NCBI GenBank assembly: GCA_965225945.1
Contig: CBDDBZ010000035.1
Coordinates: forward strand, 32,001 to 96,000
DNA from: Alphaproteobacteria bacterium
Lineage (GTDB): Bacteria; Pseudomonadota; Alphaproteobacteria; GCA-2731375
Reading direction: 5' to 3'
DNA length: 64,000 bases
Numbering within the stretch: the first letter of the stretch is position 1; every line of letters starts with the position of its first letter. Positions 62,130-64,000 of the stretch are shown here, piece by piece. Position numbers and translations under genes: made by a program. The notes beneath the pieces were generated by a model. The model was not told where the DNA came from and searched no databases. It saw nothing but the letters and a program-made list of their open reading frames with translations.

Positions 62130-63508
62130 CCAAGGACGCGGGGCCGGCGCCTTGGCCGGCATATGTCACCCGCAAGCTGGCGACCCGCCTCGGGAAGCTC
62201 GCCCGTACGCGCCTCGCGCCGCGCAGCCTCTTCGGCCGTTCGCTGGTGATCCTGGTGACGCCGGTCGTGCTGTTGCAGCTCATCGCCGGCGCGGTGTTCT
62301 TCGACCATCACCTGCACAAGGTGGCGAAACGGATGAGCCGTGCCGTCGCCGGGGAGATCGCCTTCCTGCGGCGGGCCTACGAGGAAATCGACGACGAGGT
62401 CGTGCTGGGCCAAGTGGTTGCGATGGCGAACCGTCACATGCGGGTCTCGGTTCGCCACGACCCGGACGCGAGCTTGCCGCCGGGACCGCGCGTCTTCGGC
62501 GACACGCCGCTACAGTCCGCCCTGCTGATCAGCCTGGAACGCTTCCTGGAGGCACCCTTCACCGTTTCCTTCAACCAGGAGAACCGCACCTACATCATCA
62601 ACGTCGAGATGAAACGAGGCGTGCTGGAGGCGATCGTGCCGTGCCATCGCTTCACCTCCTCCTCCGCCCACATCCTGCTCTGGTGGGTCGCCGGCTCTAC
62701 GGTGCTGCTGCTGTCGATCGCGATCCTCTTCCTGCACCACCAGATCCGCCCGATCCAGCGGCTCGCCGAGGCGGCCGAGCGCATCGGCAAGGGCCAGGCG
62801 GTGAGCGGCTTCGAGCCCGGCGGTGCGCTCGAGGTGCGCCAGGCCGGCATCGCCTTCGTCGAGATGAGCGAACGGATCGCCCGCCAAATCCGCGAGCGGA
62901 CGGAGATGCTGGCGGGCGTCAGCCACGATTTGCGTACGCCGCTCACCCGGATGCGGCTGGCGCTGGCGATGATTGCGGACGGCCCCGATACCCGGGGCAT
63001 GAAGGCGGACGTCGAGCAGATGAGCCGGATGATCGAGGGCTATCTGGCGTTCGCCCGGGGCGACGGCGGCGAGAGGCCCAGGGCGATCGACCTCGCCTCT
63101 CTGCTGAACGAGGCGGTCGACGCGGTGCGCCGACAGGGCGCCCGGATCGAGCTCCGGGTGGAGGGAGACCTCGCCGGCGAGTTCCGGCCCCAGGCGCTCG
63201 GCCGCTGCCTGGCCAATTTGCTGGAGAACGCGCGGCGCTATGCCGGGCGGACGGAACTCCGGGCCCGACGGGTGGCGGACGCCATCGTGGTGACCATCGA
63301 CGACGACGGCCCCGGCATCCCGGCGGAGCGACGTCGCGAGGTCTTTCGTCCCTTCCATCGCCTGGAAGCCTCGCGCAATCCGGATACCGGCGGCGTGGGC
63401 CTGGGGCTCGCCATCGCCCGCGACGCGGTGCGGGTGCATGGCGGCGAGCTGGCGCTGGAGGCCTCGCCTCTGGGCGGGCTCCGCGTTCGTCTCCGCTTGC
63501 CCGTCTGA
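62117..63508 (+). CDS. EnvZ-like sensor histidine kinase
   Basis: Two TM segments, HAMP, SHDLRTPL, DDGPGI, GLGL; start uncertain. Confidence 0.92.
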   Translation: MAGLTKDAGPAPWPAYVTRKLATRLGKLARTRLAPRSLFGRSLVILVTPVVLLQLIAGAVFFDHHLHKVAKRMSRAVAGEIAFLRRAYEEIDDEVVLGQVVAMANRHMRVSVRHDPDASLPPGPRVFGDTPLQSALLISLERFLEAPFTVSFNQENRTYIINVEMKRGVLEAIVPCHRFTSSSAHILLWWVAGSTVLLLSIAILFLHHQIRPIQRLAEAAERIGKGQAVSGFEPGGALEVRQAGIAFVEMSERIARQIRERTEMLAGVSHDLRTPLTRMRLALAMIADGPDTRGMKADVEQMSRMIEGYLAFARGDGGERPRAIDLASLLNEAVDAVRRQGARIELRVEGDLAGEFRPQALGRCLANLLENARRYAGRTELRARRVADAIVVTIDDDGPGIPAERRREVFRPFHRLEASRNPDTGGVGLGLAIARDAVRVHGGELALEASPLGGLRVRLRLPV

Positions 63509-63514
63509 AGTTTT

Positions 63515-63635
63515 TTCCAGCACTCGGGCTCGCCGAGGCCGCCGGCGCCCGGGTGATCGCGGCCGCGCGCGGCGCCGCCGAGGCCGATTCCCTGGTCGAG
63601 CGGGTCCGGGAGTTGACCGACGGCAAGGGCGGCGC
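63515..63635 (+). pseudogene. Possible quinone oxidoreductase (MDR) relic
   Basis: AGARVIAAA...LVERVRELTDGKG resembles MDR segments with an internal deletion. Confidence 0.35.
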
Positions 63636-63692
63636 GTGTAGGGCAAGCTCGCCCTTGAATCTTCGCGAGATTCCGCTATGGCTCGCGTTACC

Positions 63693-64000
63693 ATGAGCGA
63701 CGCGAACGAAGACGATTCAGCCACCCCCGGCGCGGCGCGGCACCGTGTTTTCGTGACCCTCGCGCTCCTCGTCGGCATCGCGCTCACCGTCGCCCTGGTC
63801 GCCTGGAGCGGCGCCGGCGACCTCGCCGCCCTCTTCACCCGGCTCGGGCTGGGCGACGGACTCCTCGCCCTCGCCGGCGTGATCGCCATCTTTTCCCTGG
63901 TGCAGCTCCTGGACGCGATTGGCTGGGGCGCCCTGATCGAGGCCGCCGCGCATCCCGGCTGGCCGCGGCTCTTGTGGCTCCGCTATCTCGGCAACAGCGT
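63693..64000 (+). CDS. Lysylphosphatidylglycerol synthase TM/HpnL-like membrane protein, runs off the window
   Basis: Open frame MSDANEDD...LALLVGIALTVALVAWSG...LDAIGW...LLWLRYLGNS. Confidence 0.6.
   Translation, partial: MSDANEDDSATPGAARHRVFVTLALLVGIALTVALVAWSGAGDLAALFTRLGLGDGLLALAGVIAIFSLVQLLDAIGWGALIEAAAHPGWPRLLWLRYLGNS

Overview
High-GC alphaproteobacterial (Rhodospirillales-like, by gene content) chromosomal window. Positions 1-21946 are the right part of a decayed genomic island. It ends at a duplicated 3' half of tRNA-fMet (att site, 21902-21946) next to an intact tyrosine integrase. The island is packed with IS5, IS21, IS256, IS630, IS1595 and ISKra4-like elements, low-GC defence-like relics (HNH, SIR2 fragment), a PAPS-reductase-family/AAA module and an aapJQMP amino-acid ABC operon. 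The remaining ~42 kb holds metabolic and core genes (Lin0512 pair, amidohydrolases, GST, GGDEF/EAL proteins, mtnP-apt-pyrC, Rieske oxygenase cluster, dCTP deaminase-like gene, ubiA, rsmE, queG, ilvE, MarR-OmpR-EnvZ), an IS3-like element with a 14-bp target duplication, a palindromic MITE and an inverted IS630 pair around a NYN-domain gene. The best finding is a linalool dehydratase/isomerase-like gene (27906-26380, minus strand) that the ORF track splits in two. Its in-frame UGA falls on the second catalytic Cys position and is followed by an fdhF-like SECIS hairpin, making it a candidate selenoenzyme. All family assignments come from motif recognition and recalled sequences; no database searches were run.
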